Below are positions 20,419-30,809 of a stretch of 64,000 bases of DNA, in pieces (the stretch's first letter is position 1; every line of letters begins with the position of its first letter). Origin of the DNA: Flavobacteriales bacterium. Lineage in GTDB: Bacteria > Bacteroidota > Bacteroidia > Flavobacteriales > UJ101. The position numbers were made by a program, and so were the translations under genes. A model generated the notes under the pieces. The model saw only the letters and a program-made list of their open reading frames with translations, was not told the origin of the DNA and made no database searches. Location: the NCBI GenBank assembly GCA_047975265.1, contig JBKEDE010000042.1, positions 16,543-80,542 of the forward strand, given 5' to 3'.

Positions 20419-21246
20419 ATGTTTCAAATTATACAATTTATACAAAGAAGAAGTCATTTTTTTGTTTTTCTTATATTAGAAATAGTTGCTGTTGCATTAA
20501 TAATCAGGAGTTATTATACACATACTATTTATTTTTTAAACTCAGCAAATTATATTTCGGGAAGTTTATATTCTGCTGAAAATAATTTTTCTAAATATCT
20601 TACGTTAGATTCTGAAAATCAAAAACTTTTAGAAGAAAATACTGTTTTAAAAAATAAAATTTCTATACTTGAAAATATAAATGCCTCTTCCGGAAGTGCC
20701 ATCCAAATTGTGGATTCTACCCAATTTCAACGGTACAAATACATTCCTGCACGCATTATATCAAACACGGTTTCAAAAAAGAATAATTATCTTAGTATTA
20801 ATAAAGGGAGACGAGACCAAATAACCCAAGATATGGCTGTAATTACAGACAAAGGCGTTATCGGAATAACCGATTTTACCACAAATAAATTTACTCGGGT
20901 GATGTCTCTTCTTAACGAAAATACGAGAATCAACAGCAATATAAAAAACAAAGGGGTTTTTGGAACTGTAGAATGGAATGGGGTAGATTATCGCTATGTT
21001 CAGCTTAGGGATATACCGAAGCACCTGAAGATCGAAATTAACGATACGGTTGTAACAGATATCCGTTCTAATATATTCCCTTCTGGAATACCTATTGGAA
21101 TTATAAAAGATTTTAAATTGGAAGAAGGAACTGATGAATACGTTGCCAACGTAGAACTTTTTGAAGATTTTGTAAAAGTTGAAAATGTTTATGTTGTAAC
21201 CGATTTTGATAAAATTGAAACCGACAGCCTGCATGTTAGACCTTAG
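20419..21246 (+). CDS. mreC: Rod shape-determining protein MreC
   Basis: N-terminal TM segment, coiled coil (ENQKLLEENTVLKNKI), C-terminal beta domains, and position after mreB. Confidence 0.88.
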   Translation: MFQIIQFIQRRSHFFVFLILEIVAVALIIRSYYTHTIYFLNSANYISGSLYSAENNFSKYLTLDSENQKLLEENTVLKNKISILENINASSGSAIQIVDSTQFQRYKYIPARIISNTVSKKNNYLSINKGRRDQITQDMAVITDKGVIGITDFTTNKFTRVMSLLNENTRINSNIKNKGVFGTVEWNGVDYRYVQLRDIPKHLKIEINDTVVTDIRSNIFPSGIPIGIIKDFKLEEGTDEYVANVELFEDFVKVENVYVVTDFDKIETDSLHVRP

Positions 21247-21754
21247 AAATCACATACAATTTATCATTACGGCTATACTTGTTTTACTGGCTCAGGTACT
21301 TATTTTTAGTAATACCAATCTGTTTTCGTGGCTGAACCCTTTAGTCTGTTCGCTTTTTGTATTTTCGTTTCCTACCCGCAACCGCATGAGTTTAATTATT
21401 TATTCATTTTTGTTGGGATTGTGTCTTGACAGTATGTTTAATACAGGAGGAATTAATGCTTTTGCACTAACGTTTATTGCCTATATTCGAGAACCTTTAT
21501 GGAGAAAATTTTCGTTAATACGAGAAGATAAAAACGCTCTTGCTATACGAACTAAAAATCCTAACATATTCTTTTTTAGTGTGCTCATTTTAATTTTCGT
21601 TCATCATTTTATTATTTTTTCAATTGAAAATTTTAATTTTGCAATGATTCACTACTTAATGCTTAAAATTTTATTGAGTAGTATCATTACTTTTAGTATC
21701 ATTTTGTTACTGTATAGTATTTTCAGAATTAAAATCTTAAATGGAGAAGAATAA
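21233..21754 (+). CDS. mreD: Rod shape-determining protein MreD (start uncertain: 21206 or 21233)
   Basis: Small polytopic membrane protein between mreC and mrdA. Confidence 0.7.
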   Translation: MLDLRNHIQFIITAILVLLAQVLIFSNTNLFSWLNPLVCSLFVFSFPTRNRMSLIIYSFLLGLCLDSMFNTGGINAFALTFIAYIREPLWRKFSLIREDKNALAIRTKNPNIFFFSVLILIFVHHFIIFSIENFNFAMIHYLMLKILLSSIITFSIILLLYSIFRIKILNGEE

Positions 21755-23702
21755 CACTGTATATCTTTTTTTTGTCGTCATTTTTATTTTTGTCGTCGTT
21801 TTTATTTTAAAATTAGCACAGTTACAATTATGGGATGATAAATACATCATATCGTCAAATAACCTCTCCATCCGAAAAAAGATTACCGTACCGGAACGAG
21901 GATTTATATACGATCGTACCGGAAAATTATTAGTAGCCAATAAACCATCGTATGATGTTAACTTAATATATGGAAAAGGATTAGGAAAAGATTTTGATAC
22001 CCTTGAACTCTGCAAACTCATTAAAATTGATACAGTTAAATTCAACGCTATCTTAAAAGATGCACGGTTTAAATATAACACACCCTACGCTTTAAGAGAA
22101 AATGTATCACAAGATGAGATTGCCCTTATACAAGAAAAAATACATCATTATCCTAATATCAAAATAGATAATCAAGGTTCTAGAGAATATTTGGTTAATT
22201 CAGGATACCACATTTTAGGGTATTTAAGAAAAATATCGCCTTCACAACTAAAAAAAGATACATTAGAATATTATAATCAAAATGACCGTGTCGGAAAAGC
22301 AGGTGTGGAAGCTTCTTACGAAAATGCTTTAAGAGGTGAAAAAGGAATTGAATATTTTAGGGTAGATAACAGAGGAAATACCATCGGATCTTATGAGAAT
22401 GGGGAACATAACAAAAAACCCATTTCAGGCCATGACATTACTTTAACCATTGATTTTAAATTACAGCAATATGCTGAAAAATTAATGCAAAATAAGCGTG
22501 GAGCTATTGTAGCAATAGACCCTAGCAATGGTGAGATTTTAGCTTTGGTTTCCTCTCCTTACATCAATCCTAAAGAAATGAGTGACCAAAACTTTAATCA
22601 TTATTTCTCAGTTTATAACAACGATACCATTTATAACCGCTTAAACAACAAAGCTGCTGCAGGACGTTATCCTCCGGGATCACCTTTTAAAATGCTGATA
22701 GGCTTGATTGCTTTACAAGAAAGCGTTATTCAGGATTCCATTCCCAAATACATTTGTAAGCACGGATTTCCTTTAGGAAGAGGAAGAAAAATCGGATGCC
22801 ATTGTGGCTATTATTACAGACCTATTCGAGTGGATCAGGCGATTGCCCGATCTTGTAATAATTTCTTTGCCAGCTCTTATCGCGACATTGTACGAAAATA
22901 TGAAAATGATTCAGTAGGAATTAACCAATGGCGTAAACATATGCAGAGTTTTGGATTGGATACTTGGTTTGGAAATGATATTCATGAAGGAAGTAGAGGA
23001 AGAATTCCTTCTGCCGATGTGTACAATCGTTATTACGGTTATTATTCTAAAGGTAGCTGGAATGTTATGGCATCTGTTTCAAACGGAATTGGACAAGGAG
23101 AAGTAGAGGTAACACCACTTCAAATGGCTAATTACATTGCCGCTATCGCCAACAAAGGATTTTATTATACACCTCATATCGTAAAAGCCATTGATAATAA
23201 ATTATTAACGGATTCGATTTATCGTCAAAAAAACATAACCTCTATTGATCCTAAATATTTTAATGCGATTATAAAAGGGATGCAAGGTGTTTTTGATTAC
23301 GGTACTGCCAGAAGTTTCCGCCATTCTAAAATTGCTATGGCAGGGAAAACAGGAACTTCGCAAAACCCTCAAGGTCAAGATCATTCTATTTTTACTTTGT
23401 TTGCTCCTGTCGATCATCCTAAAATTGCTCTTGCTACGATTGTAGAAAACGGTCATTACGGAGCTACATGGGCAGGTCCGATATCTTCTTTGATTGCTGA
23501 AAAATATTTAACGGATACCATCACGAGGAAGTACTTAGAAAAACGCATGATTGAAAAGAGTTTCTACTCTGAGTATAAAAAACAAGCCGATGATTATTAT
23601 CAAAAAATACAGGAAAATAAGAGAATTAGCAGGACTGAAACTCTTTTAAAGAATATAAAAGAAACGTTTGGATTAATTGATTTATTAAAAATAACTCATT
23701 GA
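21741..23702 (+). CDS. mrdA: Penicillin-binding protein 2 (elongasome transpeptidase)
   Basis: N-terminal TM segment, PBP dimerisation domain, and transpeptidase motifs SPFK (PPGSPFKM), SNG and KTGT. Confidence 0.92.
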   Translation: MEKNNTVYLFFVVIFIFVVVFILKLAQLQLWDDKYIISSNNLSIRKKITVPERGFIYDRTGKLLVANKPSYDVNLIYGKGLGKDFDTLELCKLIKIDTVKFNAILKDARFKYNTPYALRENVSQDEIALIQEKIHHYPNIKIDNQGSREYLVNSGYHILGYLRKISPSQLKKDTLEYYNQNDRVGKAGVEASYENALRGEKGIEYFRVDNRGNTIGSYENGEHNKKPISGHDITLTIDFKLQQYAEKLMQNKRGAIVAIDPSNGEILALVSSPYINPKEMSDQNFNHYFSVYNNDTIYNRLNNKAAAGRYPPGSPFKMLIGLIALQESVIQDSIPKYICKHGFPLGRGRKIGCHCGYYYRPIRVDQAIARSCNNFFASSYRDIVRKYENDSVGINQWRKHMQSFGLDTWFGNDIHEGSRGRIPSADVYNRYYGYYSKGSWNVMASVSNGIGQGEVEVTPLQMANYIAAIANKGFYYTPHIVKAIDNKLLTDSIYRQKNITSIDPKYFNAIIKGMQGVFDYGTARSFRHSKIAMAGKTGTSQNPQGQDHSIFTLFAPVDHPKIALATIVENGHYGATWAGPISSLIAEKYLTDTITRKYLEKRMIEKSFYSEYKKQADDYYQKIQENKRISRTETLLKNIKETFGLIDLLKITH

Positions 23703-23720
23703 ATGTAAGTTGTTTATATT

Positions 23721-25013
23721 TTGCAGAATAAAAGTAGAAATATCATTTTTAATATAGACTGGTTCGTTATCTTTCTATATATTTTAATTGCCGGGTTTGG
23801 AGTTTTGTCTATCAATGCTGTTGATCATGCTCACGCTTTAAAACAGATTATATGGGTTTCTACAAGTATTCCTATTATTATTATCACTTGTTCTTTAAAT
23901 CAGTCTTTTTACGAACGTTTTTCAGGCCTTTTTTATTTAATATGTATTTTATTACTTGCCGGATTATTTGTTTTTGGAGAAACTATTAACGGAGCTACGG
24001 CATGGTATTCCTTTTTTGGGTTTTTTAGTATTCAACCCACCGAATTTTCAAAAATAGGTGTTGCACTAATCATCAGCAATTTCTTGGCTACACCAAAACT
24101 GGAAATGAACAAACCGTCCACTTTATTCATTGCTTTAGGCTATTTGGTAGTTCCGTTAATCTTAATTAAACTTCAGCCTGACGATGGGTCTGTCTTGGTA
24201 TTTTCCGCATTTTTTATAGGATTATTGGTCTATCGCGTTTGGATGGTTAAGCAACTTTTTTTAATCGGAATTACTTTTTTAATACTATTCATTTTGGGGA
24301 TTGCCTACTCTGATCTTATCCAATATTTTTATAATAATTTCTATATTCTGATTATAGGAATTTCATGTATTACACTCATAATCTTTATTATTTTCAGATT
24401 TGTTTTCTATATTAACAAACCAACTATTTACTTAATGGCTGTTATGGGCATATTGTTCTGTATCGGAACTATTTTTGCATCCGAAGCCATTTTCAGCAAT
24501 TTAAAACCCCACCAAAAAGACCGTATTGAGATTTTATTTTTGGATGATACTAATAAAAAAATCAGAAATGAAAAAAACGGATATAATTTATATACAGCCA
24601 AATCGGCTATTGCTTCAGGAGAGTTGTACGGCAAAGGATATTTAAAAGGTGATATGCCTAAAGGGAACATTGTTCCGGAACAAGAAACAGACTATATTTT
24701 TACCGTAATCGGAGAAGAATGGGGTTTTATGGGTAGCTCGGTTTTTATCATGATATACGGAATCTTTTTATTACGGTTATTTTGGCTTGCACATAGGCAA
24801 CGTACAATATTTTCCAGTTATTTTGGTTATTCTGTTGCCGGCATTTTTACCGTACATTTTATTATAAATATTGCCATGGTTATGGGAATTTTTCCAACTA
24901 TTGGAATCCCTTTACCTTTTTTAAGCTACGGAGGTTCTTCTTTATGGGGATTTACTCTAATGCTTTTTATTATGATTCGCTTAGATGCTGAAAGAATGCA
25001 AGTTTTACGTTAA
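23721..25013 (+). CDS. rodA: Rod shape-determining protein RodA (SEDS glycosyltransferase); TTG start
   Basis: Polytopic SEDS-family protein (QPTEFSKIGVAL, PEQETDYIFTVIGEEWGF, PLPFLSYGGSS) directly after mrdA. Confidence 0.92.
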   Translation: MQNKSRNIIFNIDWFVIFLYILIAGFGVLSINAVDHAHALKQIIWVSTSIPIIIITCSLNQSFYERFSGLFYLICILLLAGLFVFGETINGATAWYSFFGFFSIQPTEFSKIGVALIISNFLATPKLEMNKPSTLFIALGYLVVPLILIKLQPDDGSVLVFSAFFIGLLVYRVWMVKQLFLIGITFLILFILGIAYSDLIQYFYNNFYILIIGISCITLIIFIIFRFVFYINKPTIYLMAVMGILFCIGTIFASEAIFSNLKPHQKDRIEILFLDDTNKKIRNEKNGYNLYTAKSAIASGELYGKGYLKGDMPKGNIVPEQETDYIFTVIGEEWGFMGSSVFIMIYGIFLLRLFWLAHRQRTIFSSYFGYSVAGIFTVHFIINIAMVMGIFPTIGIPLPFLSYGGSSLWGFTLMLFIMIRLDAERMQVLR

Positions 25014-25036
25014 AATCAAGATTATATTTTCCTATT

Positions 25037-26050
25037 TCAAACCACAGCAAATTTTTCTTCTACTAAATATTCTGCTATTTGAACAGCATTTAAAGCAGCT
25101 CCTTTTTTAATTTGATCGCCTACACACCAAAAAGCAATACCTTTCGGGTTAGTAAGGTCTTTACGTAATCTTCCTATATAAATATCATCTTTACCTGATA
25201 AAAACAACGGCATGGGATATTCCAAATTAGCCGTATTATCATATACTTTTAACCCTTTTGCTTTTGTAAAAGCACTTCTTACTTCTGCTATCTCTAAAGG
25301 CTCTTCTGTTTCAACCCAAATTGATTCCGAGTGAGCACGCATAACCGGGACACGCACACAGGTAGCACTTACCTCAATATCAGAATTCATGATTTTTTTG
25401 GTTTCATGATACATCTTCATTTCTTCTTTTGTATAACCATTTTCTGTAAATACATCTACCTGAGGAATTACATTTAATGAAAGTTGGTAAGCAAATTTTT
25501 CTATGGTTAACCTATCTCCGTTTGCCAATTGTTTCATCTGTTTTTCTAATTCTGCCATTCCTTGAGCTCCGGCTCCTGAAGCAGATTGATACGTAGAAAC
25601 ATGTACTCTCTCAATATGTGATAATTTTTCGATAGGTTGCAAAGCCACGACCATCAAAATTGTTGTACAATTTGGATTAGCAATAATATTTTTGGGTGTT
25701 TTTAAGGCATCTTCTGCATTCACTTCAGGAACAACTAATGGAACATCTTTATCCATTCTGAAAGCACTGGAATTATCAATCATAATTGTCCCGTGTTTGG
25801 TAATGGTTTCAGCATATTCTTTGGATGTATCTCCTCCGGCAGATGTTAAAGCAATATCGATGTCTTTAAAAGCATCATTATGTTTTAATTCTTGAACAGT
25901 TAATTCTTTTCCTTTAAATAAAAATTTTTGACCGGCACTTCGTTTTGAACCAAATAACACCAATTCGTCTAAAGGAAAGCTTCTTTCCTCTAAAACTTTC
26001 AAAAATTCCTGCCCTACAGCTCCGCTGGCACCTACAATCGCTACTTTCAT
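25037..26050 (-). CDS. asd: Aspartate-semialdehyde dehydrogenase (start taken at [10 protein letters not shown])
   Basis: N-terminal Rossmann motif [11 protein letters not shown], active-site region NPNCTT, QSASGAG. Confidence 0.93.
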   Translation of the reverse strand: MKVAIVGASGAVGQEFLKVLEERSFPLDELVLFGSKRSAGQKFLFKGKELTVQELKHNDAFKDIDIALTSAGGDTSKEYAETITKHGTIMIDNSSAFRMDKDVPLVVPEVNAEDALKTPKNIIANPNCTTILMVVALQPIEKLSHIERVHVSTYQSASGAGAQGMAELEKQMKQLANGDRLTIEKFAYQLSLNVIPQVDVFTENGYTKEEMKMYHETKKIMNSDIEVSATCVRVPVMRAHSESIWVETEEPLEIAEVRSAFTKAKGLKVYDNTANLEYPMPLFLSGKDDIYIGRLRKDLTNPKGIAFWCVGDQIKKGAALNAVQIAEYLVEEKFAVV

Positions 26051-26136
26051 TTTTATGGATTTGTTACAAAAGTACACAAAAAAGCAATCCAAGATTCTAA
26101 TTAAAATGCTTTTTACATATTTTCACAAACCGTTAA

Positions 26137-26646
26137 TTATTTAACTTTCTTATATAATGGGACAGTACTGCAAGCCTCACCATACATCAAACTTTTAACC
26201 ACCGGTTTTATTTTTTGTAATAAAAGAATATAAGCATTTTCAGGAATAGGTAAATTACGGCAACCTTTTATAATAACAGGTTTGTCTCGATAAGGTTCTA
26301 CATCCATTTCCCAAATAATATCATGAAACAAAACTTCTTCTAAACGGTCTAAATTACCTTGAACTACATATTTAGCATAATCTTGAAGGTGTAAAGCAAT
26401 TAACATAAAAGCCCACGAAGGAATAACGACCTCTGTAGAACACGTAAGTGCTATAAATTGATCTTTATATTGGCTCCAATTGTGCTGTTTTATTTTTTCA
26501 CGAAAATCCTTTTCCTTTAAAACCAAACCTTCATGCAACCATTGTGAAAGATCAAAAACAACACGTTTTTCTTTAGGATAAAAATCTTCCAAATCTAACG
26601 TTACTAAAGGACTTTTTTCTATTCTATTAACGACTTTTTTACACAT
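26137..26646 (-). CDS. DUF2480-family protein
   Basis: About 170 aa, with conserved blocks recalled for this Bacteroidota family (LDLEDFYP, ALTCST, PVIIKGC, MYGEACS.VPL). Confidence 0.7.
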   Translation of the reverse strand: MCKKVVNRIEKSPLVTLDLEDFYPKEKRVVFDLSQWLHEGLVLKEKDFREKIKQHNWSQYKDQFIALTCSTEVVIPSWAFMLIALHLQDYAKYVVQGNLDRLEEVLFHDIIWEMDVEPYRDKPVIIKGCRNLPIPENAYILLLQKIKPVVKSLMYGEACSTVPLYKKVK

Positions 26647-26772
26647 ATCATTCTACTTAGAATACCAAAAATACTAAAATTCTACGATAATCGATTGAAT
26701 ATTACGGCTGATCCAACAATACTAAAAATCATAACGTTGATAATTATTTTTTCTCATTCGATATGTTTTCTG

Positions 26773-26780
26773 TACTTTTG
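26773..26780 (+). promoter_or_regulatory. TAnnTTTG -7 box (TACTTTTG)
   Basis: Exact motif 14 nt upstream of the ATG at 26795. Confidence 0.45.
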
Positions 26781-26794
26781 AGAAAAGAAAAAGT

Positions 26795-27661
26795 ATGATT
26801 CAGTCCATGACGGGTTATGGTAAATCGGCTGTCCAGCTTCCTGAAAAGAAAATTACTATCGAAATCAAAACTTTAAATAGTAAACAATTGGATTTAAACG
26901 TTCGGATGCCTTCCTTTTATAAAGAGAAAGAAATTGAAATTCGTAAGCAGTTAGGAAAAAAATTAATACGTGGGAAAATTGAATTTAATTTTTACTCTGA
27001 ATTAACGGGCGTAGAAAAATCTCAAACCATTAATAAAAAAATTGCACGAGCCTATATTGATGATTTAAAGGAAATTACACCAACAGATAACGAAACAGAA
27101 TTGTTGCAAATTGCTATGAGAATGCCTGATACCACCACGTCTTCCCGTGATGAAATTAATGAAGAAGAATGGTTTCAAATTCAAAAAGTAATTGATGAAG
27201 CCATTGAAAATACAATTCAATTTAGAATAGATGAAGGAAGATCAATTGAGATAGATTTTAAAGAACATATTATAAATATCGGACATCTTTTAGAAAAAAT
27301 ACAACTCTATGAAATTGAACGAATTGAAAACCTTAAATTACGCTTAAAAGAAAAAGTAGAAGAAGTTGTTGGAAAAACCAATATTGATGAAAATCGATTT
27401 GAGCAAGAATTAATATTTTATATTGAAAAATTGGATATTAACGAAGAAAAAGTTCGATTAAAAAATCATTTGGATTATTTTATTGAGCAGCTAAATTCCA
27501 AAGATTCCAATGGTAAAAAATTAGGATTTATTACGCAGGAAATTGGTCGGGAAATCAATACTTTAGGCTCTAAATCGAATCATACCGAAATGCAAAAAAT
27601 AGTCATTCAAATGAAAGATGAATTAGAAAAAATCAAAGAACAAATTCTAAATTCACTATAA
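26795..27661 (+). CDS. YicC-family stress-induced protein
   Basis: N-terminus MIQSMTGYGK and C-terminal DUF1732-like block (QEIGREINTLGSK). Confidence 0.85.
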   Translation: MIQSMTGYGKSAVQLPEKKITIEIKTLNSKQLDLNVRMPSFYKEKEIEIRKQLGKKLIRGKIEFNFYSELTGVEKSQTINKKIARAYIDDLKEITPTDNETELLQIAMRMPDTTTSSRDEINEEEWFQIQKVIDEAIENTIQFRIDEGRSIEIDFKEHIINIGHLLEKIQLYEIERIENLKLRLKEKVEEVVGKTNIDENRFEQELIFYIEKLDINEEKVRLKNHLDYFIEQLNSKDSNGKKLGFITQEIGREINTLGSKSNHTEMQKIVIQMKDELEKIKEQILNSL

Positions 27662-27662
27662 A

Positions 27663-28229
27663 ATGAATCAAGGAAAACTCATTATTTTTTCTGCTCCGTC
27701 AGGTTCCGGAAAAACAACGATTGTACGTCATCTACTTCAACATAATTCTTCGCTATCTTTTTCTATTTCATGCACAACTCGTGAAAAAAGAAAACATGAA
27801 ATAAACGGAAAAGATTATTACTTTATTTCTTTAAGTGATTTTGAAAAAAAAATTCAACAAAATGAGTTTATTGAATACGAAGAAGTTTACAAAGATAATT
27901 ATTACGGTACATTAAAATCAGAAGTGGAGCGTATTTGGAAAGAAGGAAAGCACGTTGTCTTTGATATGGATGTTGTCGGCGGATTGAATATTAAAAAGCA
28001 ATTTGGAAATCAGGCATTAGCTATTTTTATACGACCCCCGTCTGTAGAAGAATTGCAACGTCGCCTCGAAAATCGCTCAACTGAAACTCCTGAAAAAATG
28101 GCTATGCGTATAGCCAAAGCTGAACAAGAAATGGCTCTTGCACAAAAATTTGATGTAATTTTAATAAATGATTGTTTAGAAAAAGCTCAAAAAGAAGCTC
28201 AGAAAATAATTAATAATTTTATTCTTTAA
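27663..28229 (+). CDS. gmk: Guanylate kinase
   Basis: P-loop SAPSGSGKTT, plus TTR..R..E..G.DY.F. Confidence 0.95.
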   Translation: MNQGKLIIFSAPSGSGKTTIVRHLLQHNSSLSFSISCTTREKRKHEINGKDYYFISLSDFEKKIQQNEFIEYEEVYKDNYYGTLKSEVERIWKEGKHVVFDMDVVGGLNIKKQFGNQALAIFIRPPSVEELQRRLENRSTETPEKMAMRIAKAEQEMALAQKFDVILINDCLEKAQKEAQKIINNFIL

Positions 28230-28240
28230 AATGATGAACC

Positions 28241-29074
28241 ATGTCAATACAGAATATTCATTACGTAATTGAAGGAAAAGGAATTCCTGTAGTATTATTG
28301 CATGGTTTTTTAGAAGATATAACCATGTGGGATGAATTTTCTACTAAATTGATTACACAACATACCATTATCAGAATAGACCTTTTAGGGCATGGAAAAA
28401 CAATTTCGCAAGGAGCTGTTTACAGCATGGAAGAACAAGCAAAACTTGTAAAGTCTGTTTTAGACCAAGAACAAATTTCAGAAGTCATTATAATTGGGCA
28501 TTCTATGGGGGGTTATATAACTTTGGCTTTTGCAGAACAATATCCCCAAATGGTCAAAGGATTTTCCTTATTTTTTTCTTCTGCAACAGAAGACAGCTCT
28601 AAAAAAAAAGAACAACGAAACCGATTGGTCGAACTTGTGAAAAAACAACGACAATCTTTTATTCAAACAGCTATTCCCAACCTTTTTCATAATCCTGACA
28701 AGAAACTGTTGCAGCCTTTTGTTGAAAAAACAAAAAAAATGGCTAAAAACGTAACTACAGAAAATATAGTAGCTTCTCTTTACGGAATGCGTTCACGAAA
28801 AGACCGAACGTCTGTTTTACAAACCAGCATTCCCAAACAGTTATTAATGGGGAGATTCGATACAGCACTAGATAGAAAATCACTTGAAAAACAAATAAAT
28901 ACCGCTTATAATTTAGAGTATAAAATTTTTGATACCGGACACATGGGACATTACGAAGCTCCAAAAGAAACGTTTACTGAAGTAAATACTTTTATAAAAA
29001 ATGTTGTTAGCCACTGGCATTTTACATTTTTTTATATAATCCGTTTGGAATTAATCTCAATAATTTGGCAATAA
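28241..29074 (+). CDS. Alpha/beta-fold hydrolase
   Basis: HGF oxyanion region and nucleophile elbow GHSMGG. The last ~17 codons overlap the convergent SDR gene. Confidence 0.8.
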   Translation: MSIQNIHYVIEGKGIPVVLLHGFLEDITMWDEFSTKLITQHTIIRIDLLGHGKTISQGAVYSMEEQAKLVKSVLDQEQISEVIIIGHSMGGYITLAFAEQYPQMVKGFSLFFSSATEDSSKKKEQRNRLVELVKKQRQSFIQTAIPNLFHNPDKKLLQPFVEKTKKMAKNVTTENIVASLYGMRSRKDRTSVLQTSIPKQLLMGRFDTALDRKSLEKQINTAYNLEYKIFDTGHMGHYEAPKETFTEVNTFIKNVVSHWHFTFFYIIRLELISIIWQ

Positions 29075-29735
29075 TCCACCATCTTTTGGTTACATATCCA
29101 ACACCTTTTTTCTTTTTTATAATTCCAAAAATCTGTCGGGCAGCTTTTTCCTTTGGTGCTACCCAAAATTGACCTTCTCCTTTAGCCATATCTGTATCAA
29201 CAAAACCTGGTCTTATGTCTGTCACATAAATTGGTTTTTTGGTTTTCGTTGCCTTTTGCCTTAACCCTTCCAAATAGTTGATTTGATACGCTTTTGATGC
29301 ATTATATGCTGGTGCAATTCTGCTACCTCGAATTCCTGCTATTGAACTTATAGCAACTAAATGACCTTTCCCTTGTTTTTGGAAATAATTAAAAGTCCAA
29401 TCGACAATTTCGGTAAATGCATTAACATTCAATAAGTTTGTTTTATTCTCGATTTTAAAATCCAATTTTTCGTTTAGGTCTCCAGTTCCAGAACTCAAAA
29501 TTAAAAGGTCAAGTCCGCCAATTTGGTTTGTCAATTCAGCTAATTTTATAGAATTATTTTCGGTTGTACAGTCAAATGAACTTATTGTATAATTGTATAG
29601 ATTACTTTTTTGTAATTTTTCTAATTCAGCTTTTCGTCTTCCAGTAACTCCAACTTTATATCCATTTTCAGTAAGAATTTTAGCAAGCTCATTTCCTATT
29701 CCAGAAGTTGCTCCAATTATTATTGCTTTTTTCAT
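29022..29735 (-). CDS. SDR-family NAD(P)-dependent oxidoreductase
   Basis: GATSGIG cofactor motif and YNASKAY catalytic motif. Confidence 0.9.
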   Translation of the reverse strand: MKKAIIIGATSGIGNELAKILTENGYKVGVTGRRKAELEKLQKSNLYNYTISSFDCTTENNSIKLAELTNQIGGLDLLILSSGTGDLNEKLDFKIENKTNLLNVNAFTEIVDWTFNYFQKQGKGHLVAISSIAGIRGSRIAPAYNASKAYQINYLEGLRQKATKTKKPIYVTDIRPGFVDTDMAKGEGQFWVAPKEKAARQIFGIIKKKKGVGYVTKRWWIIAKLLRLIPNGLYKKM

Positions 29736-29850
29736 TCAGTTTTGCTTGTGGCTAACGTCGGGGTTAAACGCAGTTGTTACGTTTGCAATATACGAAGTAA
29801 TTGAAAAAAGAGGTTGATTTCTGGTTGGATTCATTTTTTAAAAGAAGAAA

Positions 29851-29881
29851 AAAGCTGAAAGTTAAATATCTTTCAGCTTTT
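29851..29881. terminator. Strong hairpin terminator with A- and T-runs on both sides
   Basis: AAAGCTGAAAG-(8 nt)-CTTTCAGCTTT. On the minus strand it is followed by T6 and sits 15 nt after the stop of a 25-codon ORF. Confidence 0.6.
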
Positions 29882-30116
29882 TATTTAGTCACATCTTAAC
29901 AAATATGACGAATAATTTTAATTTGACTATATTTTCCAAACCAGTTCCTAACCACGTAATAGATTTTCATCATAAACACCTTTGTTTTAATAGATTTATT
30001 TTATAACGTCTCAAACCCGTACTACTACTACTATTTAAACGATACACACCCAAGTTAATGTAGTTTGAAATTTTTTCACACATTTGTATGGTATAATGAA
30101 AATCTTTAATGAAATT

Positions 30117-30809
30117 ATGAACAAATCTATACTATTTTTTTTAACCGTATTTTGCTTACTTATTTTCAGTTTGTCATCGTACGGACAGGTTGGGGTTGGT
30201 ACTGAGGATCCTCGGGGAACTTTCCATGTGGACGGTAAAAAAGACAACCAAACAACCATCACTACAGAACAGCAAGCTAACGACTTTATAGTAACTTCCG
30301 ATGGAGACGTTGGGGTAGGAACGATAATCCCTACTGCTAAGTTACACGTATTGGGAACAGCCAGGATTACAAATACTCCCGTTTCTGTTAATACAGAGGA
30401 TAAATACGTTGTTGTTGATGCCATTGGAAATTTAAAGTCCAGAGTGAGTCCTACTGTAAGGATATCATCCCTGGCAGAAGAAGGTATAACGGATTTAACC
30501 AATGCCACAGATGAAAGTTTATATGATTTCTATTTTATAGAAAATAGTCATACCGTAACACTACCAAAATCTAATCCTGTATTCGAAGGACGATTACTGA
30601 GGTTTTATATACGTGGAAACGGTGCTCCGAACGTAACCTTTAATAAAGTTTATGCCCCTTACGATGCTGCCAATGTTATGCCTTCAGGATGGACTTATAC
30701 TGGAGAAGGTCCCAGCAGAAATCTGCATATTACAGGTCAAGCTAATCGGTTTAATTTTGTAGATTTTTTATGTGATGGTGGTAACTGGTTTCCAGACAAT
30801 AGAAATTAA
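30117..30809 (+). CDS. Secreted hypothetical protein with tail-fibre-like VGVGT...LHV repeats (start taken at MNKSILFF)
   Basis: Signal peptide. Two copies of G-x-VGVGT-x2-P-x4-(F/L)HV-x-G. No recognisable catalytic motif. Confidence 0.55.
   Translation: MNKSILFFLTVFCLLIFSLSSYGQVGVGTEDPRGTFHVDGKKDNQTTITTEQQANDFIVTSDGDVGVGTIIPTAKLHVLGTARITNTPVSVNTEDKYVVVDAIGNLKSRVSPTVRISSLAEEGITDLTNATDESLYDFYFIENSHTVTLPKSNPVFEGRLLRFYIRGNGAPNVTFNKVYAPYDAANVMPSGWTYTGEGPSRNLHITGQANRFNFVDFLCDGGNWFPDNRN

Noticed and set aside
20773-21234. 153-aa antisense ORF inside mreC. Similar antisense or off-frame ORFs in the track: 1278-1550, 2045-2275, 12294-12545, 19402-19764, 35748-36131, 56865-57236, 60155-60451
   Set aside because: All lie within strongly supported conserved genes, have Phe/Ile/Asn/Lys-rich junk composition typical of AT-rich shadow frames, and carry no recognisable motifs.
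29741-29800. GGCTAAC...imperfect palindrome...ACGTTTGC resembles an integron attC site (R''/R' cores). Similar idea for 1795-1850
   Set aside because: At ~40 nt it is too short. The R' core does not fit GTTRRRY, there is no integrase and no array of such sites in the window. I kept only the shared 10-mer/hairpin observation.
30020-30033. (TAC)4 microsatellite ~85 nt upstream of the secreted hypothetical gene, considered as a phase-variation tract
   Set aside because: With only four units it is too short for appreciable slippage, and it is not positioned between promoter elements I can identify.
30035-30508. 157-aa ORF on the minus strand, antisense to the secreted hypothetical gene
   Set aside because: It fully overlaps the better-supported + strand gene, which has a signal peptide and repeated motif. 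Its composition is low-complexity (V/T/S/P-rich mirror of the sense frame) and it has no motifs, so it is a shadow ORF.
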